DNA of 64,000 nucleotides from an uncultured Thermoleophilia bacterium (GCA_963702475.1 CAVPCT010000002.1:96001-160000), one strand, 5' to 3'; counted from the first letter of the stretch, positions 1 to 10,396 are shown. Numbers and translations: made by a program. Notes: generated by a model from the letters alone, not told the origin.

Positions 1-2
1 CT

Positions 3-374
3 CTGCTCAGCAGCCTGCGTGTGGGCTTCCAGACGATGGCCATCGAGCAGCAGGCGGTCGAGGTCTGGCGCGTGCTCGGCGCCGTCAAGAGCGAGTTCGC
101 CAGGTTCGGCGAGGTGCTGGACAAGGTCAAGCGGCAGCTGGCCACGGCAAGCCGTACCATCGAGGAGACCGGCGTGCGCACCCGCGCCATGGAGCGCAAG
201 CTGCGGGCCGTCGAGCAGCTCCCGGACGAAGAGTCGAGAGCAGTCCTCGATCTGGCGCCGGGCGAGTCTGCTGCGCTCGAGGCGGTGCCGGACGAGGTAG
301 CGCTGCTCGAGCCGGTATCTATCGAACCGGCCCCGGGCGGGCCGCTGCCGGACGACGAGAGCGCCCGAGTGTGA
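3..374 (+). CDS. rmuC: DNA recombination protein RmuC, C-terminal part (gene runs in from the left edge)
   Basis: LLSSLRVGFQTMAIEQQAVEVWRVLGAVKSEFARFGEVLDKVKRQL...GVRTRAMERKLRAVE matches the characteristic RmuC C-terminus. Confidence 0.88.
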   Translation: MLSSLRVGFQTMAIEQQAVEVWRVLGAVKSEFARFGEVLDKVKRQLATASRTIEETGVRTRAMERKLRAVEQLPDEESRAVLDLAPGESAALEAVPDEVALLEPVSIEPAPGGPLPDDESARV

Positions 375-386
375 GCTTGTCGCCCG

Positions 387-926
387 TCACGCGGGTCGGT
401 GCAGGCCGTCGACCAGCGACTGTGCCCTCGGCAGCAGCACGTCGTCCTCCACCGCCAGGTGCCGGCGCAGGCCAGTGTCCAGTTCCCGCAGGGTGCGGTA
501 GGCGAGGTCGTAGGTGGCGCAGGCGTCAAACGGCAGGGCGTAGTCCATCGTCAGGTCGCGGAGCAGGTCCAGCGACGCCAGCAACTGTCGATGGTCGTCG
601 GGGAGAGCCGCGAGCGAGGTGATCAGCGTCGCCGTGTCCTCGCGAGCCACCGGCGTGCCGTGGCGTACCGCCTTCTCGGTGCGCCGCAGGGCGGCGAAGA
701 AGGCGTCCTCCTCGCTCTGCAGGTGGGCCCGCAGCGCCGCCGTCAGATCGTCGCCGGCCGCCGCGACCTCGTCGAGCTCGGGGTGCTGCGCGGCGTGCAC
801 GTCGCGGATGCGCCGCGCGTACGCCGCCGCCCGCGGCGCCAGCTCTCGCAGAGAGCGGTGGTCCGTGGCCGTGAGGTGATCGGCCAGGCGCGTCAGCGTC
901 CAATCGCTGGGGTCATCCGGTGACAT
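387..926 (-). CDS. Hemerythrin-like di-iron protein (Ric/YtfE C-terminal domain, no ScdA_N domain)
   Basis: Motifs DH, HLQSEE, DDH, DACATY and RHLAVEDDVLLP correspond to the His/Glu di-iron ligands of Ric/YtfE. Confidence 0.75.
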   Translation of the reverse strand: MSPDDPSDWTLTRLADHLTATDHRSLRELAPRAAAYARRIRDVHAAQHPELDEVAAAGDDLTAALRAHLQSEEDAFFAALRRTEKAVRHGTPVAREDTATLITSLAALPDDHRQLLASLDLLRDLTMDYALPFDACATYDLAYRTLRELDTGLRRHLAVEDDVLLPRAQSLVDGLHRPA

Positions 927-933
927 GCTTCGG

Positions 934-1588
934 CTATGACTGCGGGAACCAGGAGAGCAGGCCGCGCGCCAGCTCCACGTGCTCGGGGTCGTGCGGGTCG
1001 AGCTCGCCGGCCTCGATGAGGCGCTTCAGGATCATCTGCGGCTCGTCCTCGTCCAGCAGGTCGGCGGCGTCCGCGCTCCAGGCGTCGAACTCGTCGGTGA
1101 TGCTCGCGGTCGCGAAGACGGCGCTCAGGTCTCCCCAGGCCACGAACTCGGCTTCGCCACTACGGCTGAAGAGAGCGTTGTACGCGGCGATGACGTCCTC
1201 GGCGTCGTACGTGGTCACGTCGGACACGGCGAGAGCCGCGTCGGCGACGGCGATGACCTTCTCGGCCAGCGGCTTCACCTCGGGGTCGGCCAAGCGGCAC
1301 GTGCGCCTCCGCCGGCGGGAACGGCTCGCAGGATTCCGGCCTGCCGCACAGCATCTCGAGGGACCGTCGCAGCTCCACCACGCGCACGTAGGCCACGAAG
1401 TCGGCCGGGCCCTCGAAGTACTCGGGCGTCAACAGCCGTCCCTTCTCGCACTCGGGCCCTCCCCAGCACATCTGGAACACGGTGCAGAAGCTGCCCGGCT
1501 GCAGCGCCTCCGGCTGCATGCAGCCGTCGGCCGTCCCGTCCGCGAGCTTGTCGCGCCACTTGGTGAGCAGATCGTCGTGAGCGGTCAT
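934..1588 (-). CDS. Hypothetical protein split by a probable 1-bp frameshift near 1293
   Basis: ORF 1160-1588 (RBS AAAGGAG, ATG at 1588) reads into ORF 934-1293 if one base is removed at ...HVPL/ADPEVK; both halves have coding-like composition. Confidence 0.6.
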
Positions 1589-1979
1589 CGGGCTCCTTTC
1601 TGAATGCGGTGCGCGGTGCGCGTCACCGGCGCCGCGGTCGCTGACTCACGGTCGTCGCGCAGCCGGACGAGACGGCGCGTCGCCTGCGCCCGGTGCTTCA
1701 GTCTGGTCGCCGGGAGGCGCTTCCAAACGTGCCACACAGGCGAGACCGGGCGGTGTCCACTCCCTCATGCCGTGTCGTGCGGCGCCTGCTGCTACGTGTC
1801 TCTTCTCGTATCGACCGGCGGGTGCGCCGGACTGAAGCGGTGACCGCGGCCGGCCGGCGTGTGCGGCCGCCGCCTCGTCGCTAGACTCACCGGCGTACCA
1901 CGAGACGAGTGAGGCCTCCACGGGCGGGCACGGCGGGAAGAAGACGGGCGAGAGCCGCGGCGAAGGCGGCCGTGGAAGC

Positions 1980-2363
1980 GGCGCGGACTGCTACGCGTCG
2001 TACGCCTGGCGCCTGGTCGGCCTGTTCCGCTCCGAGGCGGGTTGGCTGGACCTGTGCCGCGACAGGCTCCGGTACTCCACTGCGGCCGGCGTGGTCTTCT
2101 CCGTTCCGCTCGCCGAGGTGACCGGTCTCGTGTTCCCCTGGCACTACTCGGGCGGGGGTCTGAAGCTGACGGTCGCGGGCGAGGAGTACCGCTTGGCCTT
2201 CGTGGAGCCCAACGGCGCGCGGTACCCCACCGCGGAGAGCCTCGCGGCCGGACCCGACAGGGCGTCACTGGTCCGCGTGGCCGCCGCGGCCGGCGACGCC
2301 GGCACCGGCCGCAAGGTCGGGCGCGAGTGGCGGCGCCTTCTCGAGGGTCGAGCGGGAAGCTGA
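1980..2363 (+). CDS. Hypothetical protein, start uncertain
   Basis: The frame of ORF 2091-2363 is open and protein-like further upstream (YASYAWRLVGLFRSEAGWLDLCRDRLRYST...); no clear start codon. Confidence 0.45.
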   Translation, partial: GADCYASYAWRLVGLFRSEAGWLDLCRDRLRYSTAAGVVFSVPLAEVTGLVFPWHYSGGGLKLTVAGEEYRLAFVEPNGARYPTAESLAAGPDRASLVRVAAAAGDAGTGRKVGREWRRLLEGRAGS

Positions 2364-2454
2364 GACGGACGGGGCGCGGGCCGTCGGCGCGGGCCGGCCG
2401 TGCCGGTGTCAGCTCGCGCCGCGCCCGTGGCGGCCGGCGGAGCCTCGCCGGAGG

Positions 2455-3105
2455 TCAGCGCGCCGTGAGGTCCTCGCGCACGTCGCGCGCGTCCACGTGC
2501 AGCGAACGCACGAACTGGTGCCCGGTGCGCACGCGGCCCTCACGCTCGATGGGCACGAGGTAGAAGCCGTCCATGAGCGCCTGGAAGCGCTCGCCCCACT
2601 CCTCCACGTCGGCGAGCGGCATCACGAGAAGCGACGTGAACGTCTGGGCCGGCGTGAGCAGCGTCCCCAAGACCTCGATGGGCGCCGCGGAAAGCTGCGT
2701 CGGCGGCGCCTCCTCGTCCGGCACGGGCACGGCGGACAACTGGAGCACCGGGAAGCCCCGCCAGTAGACGGCTGTGGCCTCTGCCGCGCCCAGGCCGGTC
2801 CTCTCCAGGAACTGCGCCGACAGCCGCCTGGCCTCGTCGTCCCAGTCCCAGGCGGCGAGCGTTCGCGGCGGCAGTGGCCGATCGTCCGTGGTGATCAGCT
2901 GGCTGGGTGTCAGTCCCGCGGCCACATCGGCCGCCGTGGCCTCCCGCGGGAGGAAGAGGACGCTGCCCGTCACCGTGGCCGGCACGTGTGTCCGCCACGC
3001 CGCCGCCAGGCGCGGCTCGGCCGGGTCGTCGACGTGTGTGAGCCAGGCGTCCTCGTAGGCGACGCCGAAACCGTGTTGCGTGGTCGTGTAGGTGACGATC
3101 GCCAT
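2455..3105 (-). CDS. Hypothetical protein (216 aa)
   Basis: ATG at 3105 preceded by GGAG; MAIVTYTTTQHGFGVAYEDAW... has globular composition. Confidence 0.6.
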   Translation of the reverse strand: MAIVTYTTTQHGFGVAYEDAWLTHVDDPAEPRLAAAWRTHVPATVTGSVLFLPREATAADVAAGLTPSQLITTDDRPLPPRTLAAWDWDDEARRLSAQFLERTGLGAAEATAVYWRGFPVLQLSAVPVPDEEAPPTQLSAAPIEVLGTLLTPAQTFTSLLVMPLADVEEWGERFQALMDGFYLVPIEREGRVRTGHQFVRSLHVDARDVREDLTAR

Positions 3106-3293
3106 CACTGCGCTCCAGGACGTGGTGGCCAGAGTGTGCCCAAGGGACGGGGGGGCGGAACCGCGGGTTCGGCGGCCGTGGGGGCGGTGAGCCGTGCCTG
3201 GTCTCCGTCCTGGGTCCTTGCGACGGGCCGCCCGGCGTCCAGGGCCTGTGCGGGGGCAGGCAGACAGCGGCCGACGCCGGCGGTCCGGACTCC

Positions 3294-4769
3294 TCAGGTC
3301 TCCGCGTCCCCCATCCTCGGGACTCCGCCGGCTTTGGGCGCGGCGGCCGCCGCGGGCACGGCCGCGGCCGCCGTCCCGTCCGCGCTCTCCGGCAGGTGGT
3401 GCTTCGCCGCCACAGGCTTCACCAGCAGGTCGGCGATCAGCGCGACCACCAGGAGACAGGCCATGAGGTACATGGTCGGCGTGTAGGCGTCGGCAGGGGA
3501 CACGCCCTGCGCGATGAGCCGCTCTCGGATACCGTTGACGAGCAGCGGCCCGAGCACGCCGGCCACCGACCAGGCCGTCAGCAGGCGGCCGTGGATGGCA
3601 CCCACGTTCCTCGTCCCGAACACGTCGCTCAGGTATGCGGGGATCGTCGCGAAGCCACCGCCGTACATGGAGATGATCACGCACGTGGCGAGGATGAACA
3701 GGTACAGGCTGCCGTTGACGCCCGCGGACGGGATCGTGGCGTAGAGCACGGGGCCCAGCAGGAAGAAGACGGCGTAGGTGCGCTTGCGTCCGAGGGAGTC
3801 GGAGGACCACGACCAGAAGAAGCGGCCGCCCATGTTGAAGGCGCTGAGGAGCATGACGAACGCGGCCGCGCCGCCTGCGGCCACGCGGCCGGGGAAGAGA
3901 TCCTGGATCATCGGTGAGGCCTGCTCGAGGATGCCGATGCCGGCGGTGACGTTCAGGAGCAGCACGATCCACAACAGGTAGAACTGCGGTGTCTTGATGG
4001 CCTCTCCCGGGCTCACGCTGTGCGTGGTACGCATGTGTCCCCTGGCGGCGGCGGTCTCCGCATAGCCCCCCGGCTTCCAGCCCGGGCGCGGCACGCGAAA
4101 GCAGAACGCGCCCGTGAGCATCACGGCCAGGTACACGACGCCGAGGGTGACGAACGCCGGGATCACGCCGTTGCTCGTCGGCGTGGAGTACACGTCCATG
4201 AGCCACTTGGAGAGCGGGCTGGCGATGAACGCGCCGCCGCCGAAACCCATGATGGCGAGCCCGGTCGCCAGCCCTCGCCGGTCGGGGAACCACTTGATGA
4301 GGGTGGAGACGGGCGTGATGTACCCGATGCCCAGGCCGCAGCCGCCGATCACCCCATAGCCCAGACGCAGCAGCCAGATGTTGTGGATGCCGATGGCGAT
4401 GGCCCCGAGAAGGAAGGCCGTGCCCCAGCAGCAGGCCGAGACCACGCCGCTGGCTCGAGGCCCGGCACGCTCCACCCACTTGCCGAACACTGCGGCGGAG
4501 AGGCCGAGAAAGACGATGGCGATGGAGAAGAGGCTCGCTATCTCTCCCTGGGTCCAGTCACCGGCGGCGGCGTCGCCTGTCCCGAGCACCTGCGTCAGCG
4601 GGATCTTGAAGACGCTGAGCGCGTAGACCTCGCCGATACACAGGTGGATGGCGAGGGCGCAGGGGACGACGAGCCAGCGGTTGAAGCCGGGTCTCGCGAC
4701 GATGCGTGCCCGCGAGAGCAGACCGGGCCGGCCGCCTGCGGCCGCGGCTCCGCCGTCCGTGCCCTCCAT
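3294..4769 (-). CDS. MFS transporter, oxalate/formate antiporter (OFA) family
   Basis: FNRWLVVPCALAIHLCIG, GLGIGYITPVSTLIKWFPDRRGLATGLAIMGFGGGA, GAIHGRLLTAWS; 12 hydrophobic segments. Confidence 0.9.
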   Translation of the reverse strand: MEGTDGGAAAAGGRPGLLSRARIVARPGFNRWLVVPCALAIHLCIGEVYALSVFKIPLTQVLGTGDAAAGDWTQGEIASLFSIAIVFLGLSAAVFGKWVERAGPRASGVVSACCWGTAFLLGAIAIGIHNIWLLRLGYGVIGGCGLGIGYITPVSTLIKWFPDRRGLATGLAIMGFGGGAFIASPLSKWLMDVYSTPTSNGVIPAFVTLGVVYLAVMLTGAFCFRVPRPGWKPGGYAETAAARGHMRTTHSVSPGEAIKTPQFYLLWIVLLLNVTAGIGILEQASPMIQDLFPGRVAAGGAAAFVMLLSAFNMGGRFFWSWSSDSLGRKRTYAVFFLLGPVLYATIPSAGVNGSLYLFILATCVIISMYGGGFATIPAYLSDVFGTRNVGAIHGRLLTAWSVAGVLGPLLVNGIRERLIAQGVSPADAYTPTMYLMACLLVVALIADLLVKPVAAKHHLPESADGTAAAAVPAAAAAPKAGGVPRMGDAET

Positions 4770-4894
4770 GGCGTCCTCCCGTGCGGTCCCGTCCCGGTCG
4801 GCTCCCGGGACTCTCCTGCAGGCTTCATCGGCAGCGGGCGTCGCGGTCTGAAGGCTACCGTTCCGAGTCGCGGCGGGACGCCGCGAGCCGGCGG

Positions 4895-6166
4895 TCAGGC
4901 GGCCGCCGGGCCTCCTGCGGCCGGGTCAGAGGAAACCGCCTGCGCCGCCCGGCGCAGCTCCCTCTCAGGCGCCTTGACGAGGAACAGGACCCCGCCGCCG
5001 GCGAAGAGCGCGGCGGTCACCAGGAACAGGGTGACGAAGCCCTGGCGGTCGATGCTCGTCAGGACGAGACCGAACGCCAGCGACGAGAAGGCCCCGGAGA
5101 GACTGGTCGCGACGTTGTTGTAGGCCATGTACTGCCCCGCCTCGTCGGCGGGAGACAGGTCGGCGGCGAGTGCCGGGATCACGCCGACGATCGGGCCGGT
5201 GGCCAGGGAGCGGACCGCGGCCAGCGCGAGGAAGGCGGGGAAGCTCGTGACGAAGGCCATGCCCAGCGTGAGGACACCCGAGGCGAACATGGAGACGAGG
5301 ATGAGCCGCCGCCGGCCGAGGCGGTCGCTGGCGACGCCGGCGGCGACCGCCCCGATCATCGTGCAGACCAGGCTGATGCCGCCCATGAGCCGGAATCCGT
5401 AGTCGGGGCTGATGGCCGGGAAGTACGTCTGGAAGAAGAACCGCGCGAAGAACTGCAGGCTGTTGAGCGCCATGTTGGCGAGGAACGAGGCGGCGATGAC
5501 CCAGAAGAACACGTCCGCGCGGCGGCGCACGCGGAACGAGTCGCGCATGGACGTCCAGACGCCGGGTCCGGTGGTGTGAGGCCCCGCCGGCGTGTCGCGG
5601 CCGCGCAGCGCGAGCACGGTGCCGAGCCCACTCGCCGCGAGCGCCGCCGCCAGCACCCACAGCGCCGCCCCGGTCCGGCCGGCCTGGTTGAGCACGGTGA
5701 TCAGGCCCACGCCGGCCGCCGCCCCGAGCAGGGCGTAGAAGCCGGCGACGCCCGACGCGAACCCGCGCTGCCGCTCGGGCAGTGTGTCCACGATCAGCGG
5801 CCACCAGGCTCCGTTCCCGACATTGGTGAAGCAGTACATGCCGAGAAAGCCGACCACGACCACGATCAGTGGCGGCGCATCGAAGACGGCGGCCACGGCG
5901 ATGAACGGCAGGCCGGCGAGGGTGCCGACGAGCAGAGCCGGCGTCCGCCGGCCCAGGCGGCTCGTGGAGCGGTCGCTGGCGACGCCGGCGAACAGGCTCA
6001 CCAGTACGCCGAGCAGCATGCCGGCGAAGCCGATGAGCCCGGTGATGAGGCCGCGGTACTCCATAGTCGCCTGCTCGACCAGCGTGGGGAGCAGCACGTT
6101 GTCGAAGGAGATCCAGACGAAGTTGGAGCCCAGCGTGAACAGCGCCATCGCCAGGATCCAGCCCAC
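4895..6166 (-). CDS. MFS transporter
   Basis: Two copies of motif A (GVASDRSTSRLGRR, GVASDRLGRR); about 12 TM helices. Confidence 0.85.
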   Translation of the reverse strand: MGWILAMALFTLGSNFVWISFDNVLLPTLVEQATMEYRGLITGLIGFAGMLLGVLVSLFAGVASDRSTSRLGRRTPALLVGTLAGLPFIAVAAVFDAPPLIVVVVGFLGMYCFTNVGNGAWWPLIVDTLPERQRGFASGVAGFYALLGAAAGVGLITVLNQAGRTGAALWVLAAALAASGLGTVLALRGRDTPAGPHTTGPGVWTSMRDSFRVRRRADVFFWVIAASFLANMALNSLQFFARFFFQTYFPAISPDYGFRLMGGISLVCTMIGAVAAGVASDRLGRRRLILVSMFASGVLTLGMAFVTSFPAFLALAAVRSLATGPIVGVIPALAADLSPADEAGQYMAYNNVATSLSGAFSSLAFGLVLTSIDRQGFVTLFLVTAALFAGGGVLFLVKAPERELRRAAQAVSSDPAAGGPAAA

Positions 6167-6312
6167 CGTGCGATGGCCGGCCGCGCCGCGCGGTGGGGAG
6201 GGGTCAGCGTGCGTGGCGTCCGTCCTGCCGGCCAGAGTGCGCGTGACCGGGGGCGAGGGGTCCGGGCCCCGCGCCCCCGGCCTGCGCCCCGCGCGTCATC
6301 GGGGCTCCGCGC

Positions 6313-6699
6313 CTATTTGACTACCACCTTGCCGTGCATCGACGCCATTCCAGCATGGAACGTGCACATGTAGAAGAAGGTGCCCTTCTTCTTGAACGTG
6401 TACGACCAGCTCTTACCCGTGGCGAGCGTCGGGCTGGCGAACAGCCCGGTCGCCGTGGCCGACGTGCTCAGGCCGTTGGCGCTGACCACGTTGTGCGCGA
6501 TGCCGTCGAGGTTCTTCCAGGTGACTTTCGTACCCTTCTTGATGGTGACGACCTTCGGCGAGAAGGCGGAGCCGGCGATGGTCACCCGCTTCGTCTTCGC
6601 GGCCGCGGCCTCCTTTGGCGTGGCCGCGGCGGCGACGAGGGCGAGCACCAGAAGAAGGACGGCCAGCAGGATCGGGCCTGAGATCCAAGAGCGTCTCAT
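6313..6699 (-). CDS. Secreted cupredoxin (plastocyanin/amicyanin-like blue copper protein)
   Basis: Signal peptide, FSPKVVTIKKGTKVTWKN, HNV, and YMCTFHAGMASM type-1 Cu ligands. Confidence 0.88.
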   Translation of the reverse strand: MRRSWISGPILLAVLLLVLALVAAAATPKEAAAAKTKRVTIAGSAFSPKVVTIKKGTKVTWKNLDGIAHNVVSANGLSTSATATGLFASPTLATGKSWSYTFKKKGTFFYMCTFHAGMASMHGKVVVK

Positions 6700-6870
6700 C
6701 GCTCTTCCTTTCGTGTGTGGTCGGGGCGCGACGGAAGGTCTGCGCTCCCACTCTGGGCGGCCGGGACGACGCCGGGCCGCCTCTGAGGCTGGTTGTACCC
6801 GCGGGACCGCGGGACGCGACCGCGTGCCGTCCTGTGCAGGGTGCGGCTCCGTCCGCGCGAACAGTCCCGC

Positions 6871-8598
6871 ATGCGTCTGATCCCGCCATCCATCGACCCG
6901 GAGACGCCGAGCGACGGGGAGCGATCGCTGTTCCGGTTGTTCGCGGAGGCGGCCGCCGGCGCGGGTGAGGGCTGGACCGTCCTGCACTCGCAGGACCTGG
7001 CGCACCACCGCCGGCAGCTCGAGGGCGAGGTCGACTTCCTCGTGATCGCTCCCGGGCTCGGCGTGCTCGCGCTGGAGGTGAAGGGGTGTCACCGCCTCCG
7101 TCGTGCGAACGGCCTGTGGTACTACGGCGCGGACCCCGAAGGTGATCCGCGCGGGCCGTTCAAGCAGGCCGCCGACGCCATGCACAGCCTGCGTCGGCGC
7201 GTCGTGAAGCACCACCCGCACCTGGTCGGCGTCCCATTCGTGTCGGCGGTGTGCTTTCCGTTCCTGGACTTCCGCGAGTCCAGCGAGGAGTGGCGCCCCT
7301 GGCAGGTCGTCGACAAGGGCAAGCTGGAGCAGCGGAGCGTCGTCGCCTGCGTCACGGCTCTGCTGCGGCAGGCGCGGAACCTCGCCGGCGAGAAGCGGGC
7401 CGCCTGGTTCGACGAGGCGGCCAGCGAGCCGACGCAGGACCAGTGCGACGACATCGTCGACCTGCTCCGCCCCGACTACGAGTTCTTCGAGAGCCCCAGG
7501 GACCGCGCGAAGCGGGTGGACGAAGCGGTCAGGCGGTACACGCGACAGCAGTTCGCAGCGTTGGATGCGATGCACAGGAACCGCCGGGTGGTCTTCGACG
7601 GCCCGGCGGGCACCGGCAAGACCATCCTGGCGCTGGAGGCAGCGCGGCGCGGCCACGCCGCGGGGCGCCGCGTTCTGCTGCTGTGTTTCAACCGGCCGCT
7701 CGCTGTGTGGCTGGCCGAGCAGGCCGCCGGTGTGGCTCAGACCGGCACCCTGCACGAGCACATGCGGCGCGCCGCCGGCATCCGCGAGGGCGCGCCCGAG
7801 CTCGCCGGCGTGGACTCGCACTTCTGGAACGAGGAGCTGCCGCAGCGCGCCTGGGACGGGCTCGTCGAGCGCTCTGCCGGCTTCGACGAGCTGATCGTCG
7901 ACGAGGCCCAGGACGTCGTCCGCGGTCCCTTTCGCGACGTGCTGGACGTGAGCGTGGCCGGCGGCCTGCAGGAGGGCTACTGGCGCTTCTTCGGCGACTT
8001 CGGCCACCAGGCGATCTACGGCGATCCGGTGGACCTGGATGCCTTCTGCGAAGAGGACGGCGGGGGGTGCGCCGTGTTCGAGCTGCGGCAGAACTGCCGC
8101 AACTCGCCGGCGGTCGCCGCTCTGGCCTGCACCGGCGCCGGCATCGGGTCGTACCCGACGGTGCTGCGCGCCGACGACGACGAGCCGCCGGCGGTGCTCT
8201 TCTACGGCGACGCCACGCCGCAGCGCGAGCTGCTCTGCGCCGCTCTGGACGGACTCGCCGCCGCCGGCTTCACCGGTCCGCAGGTCGCCGTGCTCAGCAC
8301 GCACCGGGACGCGCTGAGCGCAGCGGCGTCGCTCACGGAGCCGCCGTGGCGCGACCGGCTCGCGCCGCTCGTGCACGACGGACCACTCGGTCCGATCGTC
8401 GAGGTGCACGGGAACAAGACGTGCTACGCCAGCGTGTACCGGTTCAAGGGGCTGGAGGCGCGGGCCGTCGTCCTCACCGACGTCGAGCATCTGGATACCG
8501 CCCTCGAACGTGACCTGTTCTACATCGGCGCCACGCGCGCCACGCAGCGTCTCGTGGTGCTCGCGCACGACAGCCTCCGGGGCCGCCTGCCCGCGTGA
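6871..8598 (+). CDS. NERD nuclease domain fused to SF1 helicase-like ATPase
   Basis: N-terminal GEVDFLVIAPGLGVLALEVKG and PFKQA (NERD); Walker A GPAGTGKT, VDEAQD, LRQNCRN, FKGLE, YIGATRA. Confidence 0.88.
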   Translation: MRLIPPSIDPETPSDGERSLFRLFAEAAAGAGEGWTVLHSQDLAHHRRQLEGEVDFLVIAPGLGVLALEVKGCHRLRRANGLWYYGADPEGDPRGPFKQAADAMHSLRRRVVKHHPHLVGVPFVSAVCFPFLDFRESSEEWRPWQVVDKGKLEQRSVVACVTALLRQARNLAGEKRAAWFDEAASEPTQDQCDDIVDLLRPDYEFFESPRDRAKRVDEAVRRYTRQQFAALDAMHRNRRVVFDGPAGTGKTILALEAARRGHAAGRRVLLLCFNRPLAVWLAEQAAGVAQTGTLHEHMRRAAGIREGAPELAGVDSHFWNEELPQRAWDGLVERSAGFDELIVDEAQDVVRGPFRDVLDVSVAGGLQEGYWRFFGDFGHQAIYGDPVDLDAFCEEDGGGCAVFELRQNCRNSPAVAALACTGAGIGSYPTVLRADDDEPPAVLFYGDATPQRELLCAALDGLAAAGFTGPQVAVLSTHRDALSAAASLTEPPWRDRLAPLVHDGPLGPIVEVHGNKTCYASVYRFKGLEARAVVLTDVEHLDTALERDLFYIGATRATQRLVVLAHDSLRGRLPA

Positions 8599-8692
8599 GC
8601 GTGAGCGCGGCCGGCGCGACGAACGGTGAGGGCGGCCCGCTCCCGGGTACCAGAGGGGCGAGGGAGTGGTCCCGACAGGTGGGGGAGGCGCC

Positions 8693-8860
8693 ATGGCCAG
8701 GTACGAGTTCATCTGCGAGGAGTGTCGCACCGACTTCGAGGTCATCTGCCACATGGACGAGCGCGAGGCCATGGCCGTGTGCCCCAAGTGCGGCAGCCAC
8801 AAGGTCACGCAGAAGATCACCGCGGAGTTCGCGTCGCCGCGGCCCAAGAAGTACGAGTGA
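8693..8860 (+). CDS. FmdB-family zinc-ribbon protein
   Basis: YEFICEEC...FE...CPKCGS; strong GGAGG RBS. Confidence 0.85.
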   Translation: MARYEFICEECRTDFEVICHMDEREAMAVCPKCGSHKVTQKITAEFASPRPKKYE

Positions 8861-8954
8861 GCCCGGGGCGTGCGGCCGGCCGGGAGAGCCGCCCGCCCCG
8901 GGCTTCAGACCGGCTGGCCGGCCGGCCGCAGCGCGGCTGCCCGGCCGCCCGCGT

Positions 8955-10179
8955 TCACCTCACGCGCAAGGAGTTGGACGCCACCGAGGCCTGCCGGTTC
9001 CCGGCCAGGTCGGTGGCGTACACGTACCAGCGGTAGCTGCCCTTCTTGAACGTGCAGCGGAAGCTGTAGGTGCGGTCGCTGTTCATGGGCGTGTCGTCGA
9101 ACCGGAACGTCTTCACCACACGCCCGGACTTCTTCACCTGGATGACCGCGTCGGCGGTGGGGCTCAGGTCGGCCGGCTCGGAGACGCGGTACTTGAGCTT
9201 CGCCGTGCTCCCGCGCCGCACCGAGACCGCGTTCTGCGCCTGGGTCCGCGGCTTCGTGGTGTCGATGTTCACCGTGGCGGAGTCAGTGCCGGCGGTGTTG
9301 CACCAGTCCAGCGTCGGCGATGGCGGACGCCGACACCGCCGCCCGCAGCTGAGTGGCCGAGAGCACCGTGGTCGGCAACACCGTGGTGTTCCAGCGCACG
9401 ACCGAGCCGGCGATGAACTTCGTGCCGGTGAGGGTGAGGTCGAAGGCGGCGCCGCCGGCCACCGCGGACGTCGGGTCCAGCGAGGAGATCGTCGGCGTCG
9501 GCGGAGTGACCACGAACGAACGCTCGTTGCTGACCACGTTGGGGACGAGCGGCAGAAAGCCTTGGTTGAACACGGTGACGAGGGCCGCGCCGGGCACGAG
9601 GCTCGCCCCCGGAACCACCGCCGTGAGCACGGTACCGGAGTTCACGGTGGTCGGCACGGCTGTGCCGTTCCACCTGACCACGGACGAGTGCAGTGCGGGC
9701 ACGGGGCCTGAGCCGATGAACCCCTCGCCATGGACCGTGAGCGTGAGGTCGCCGTGGTCCGAGGCGCACGTCTCCGGGTCGAGCCCGGTGATGGCGAGGT
9801 CCGGGTACACGGTGAAGGCCCGCGGCAGCGTGTCGGTGTAGGGGGTGGCCCCACCGTACACGTACTGCTCCCCGTACAGGTCGTACACACCGTCGCACTC
9901 GTCCGGCAGATCGAAGGTGACGCTCGCCGAGTGCTGTGTCCACCCGGTCAAGGTGGTGCCGTAGAACCGCTGCACCGCCCCGACCAGGTCGAACACCGGC
10001 GTCGTGGCGGAGACGTCTGTGCTGAAGTCACCGGTAACGGTGACCGTCACGATGCCGTTCGCGGTGGCGCTCGCCGGGTCGACGCTCGTCACGCTGAGCG
10101 TGAACGCAGGGGCCGCCACGGCCGGCGCCGTCATCAGCAGCAGCAGGACCCCGGCCAGGAACGTGAGTCTGGATCTCAT
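8955..10179 (-). CDS. Secreted IPT/TIG-repeat surface protein with basic C-terminal Ig-like domain; frame broken near 9300
   Basis: Signal peptide; repeats PTISSLDPTSAVAGG-FDLTLTG / VRWN-T--PTT; the second frame 8955-9320 ends YVYATDLAGNRQASVASNSLRVR. Confidence 0.7.
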
Positions 10180-10369
10180 CCGATCCCTCCTCGGTCAAGG
10201 CGCCCGAGGCTCGCCACGGCTTGTGGACCAGCCCGCCAAGACGACGCACCCTCTGTCGGCACCCGCGATGGTGCCCATGAGGAGCGGCCGCCGTGTAGTG
10301 CAGGCCGGCCCGCGACGCCGAGCCGGCCTGCACGCGTCGGCACGGCCGTCAACAGGAGAGTAAAGGTCC

Positions 10370-10396
10370 GGTTTCGCGGCGCCCGCCGACGGGTAT
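10370..10396 (+). promoter_or_regulatory. SigB/SigF-type general stress promoter upstream of ahpC
   Basis: GGTTT-N16-GGGTAT matches the actinobacterial SigF consensus GGWWT-N16/17-GGGTAY. Confidence 0.6.

Noticed and set aside
1767-2363. Selenocysteine read-through of TGA 1833 joining ATG 1767 to the downstream ORF
   Set aside because: The upstream peptide is not protein-like, and there is no redox motif or recognisable SECIS; a missed or corrupted start is more likely.
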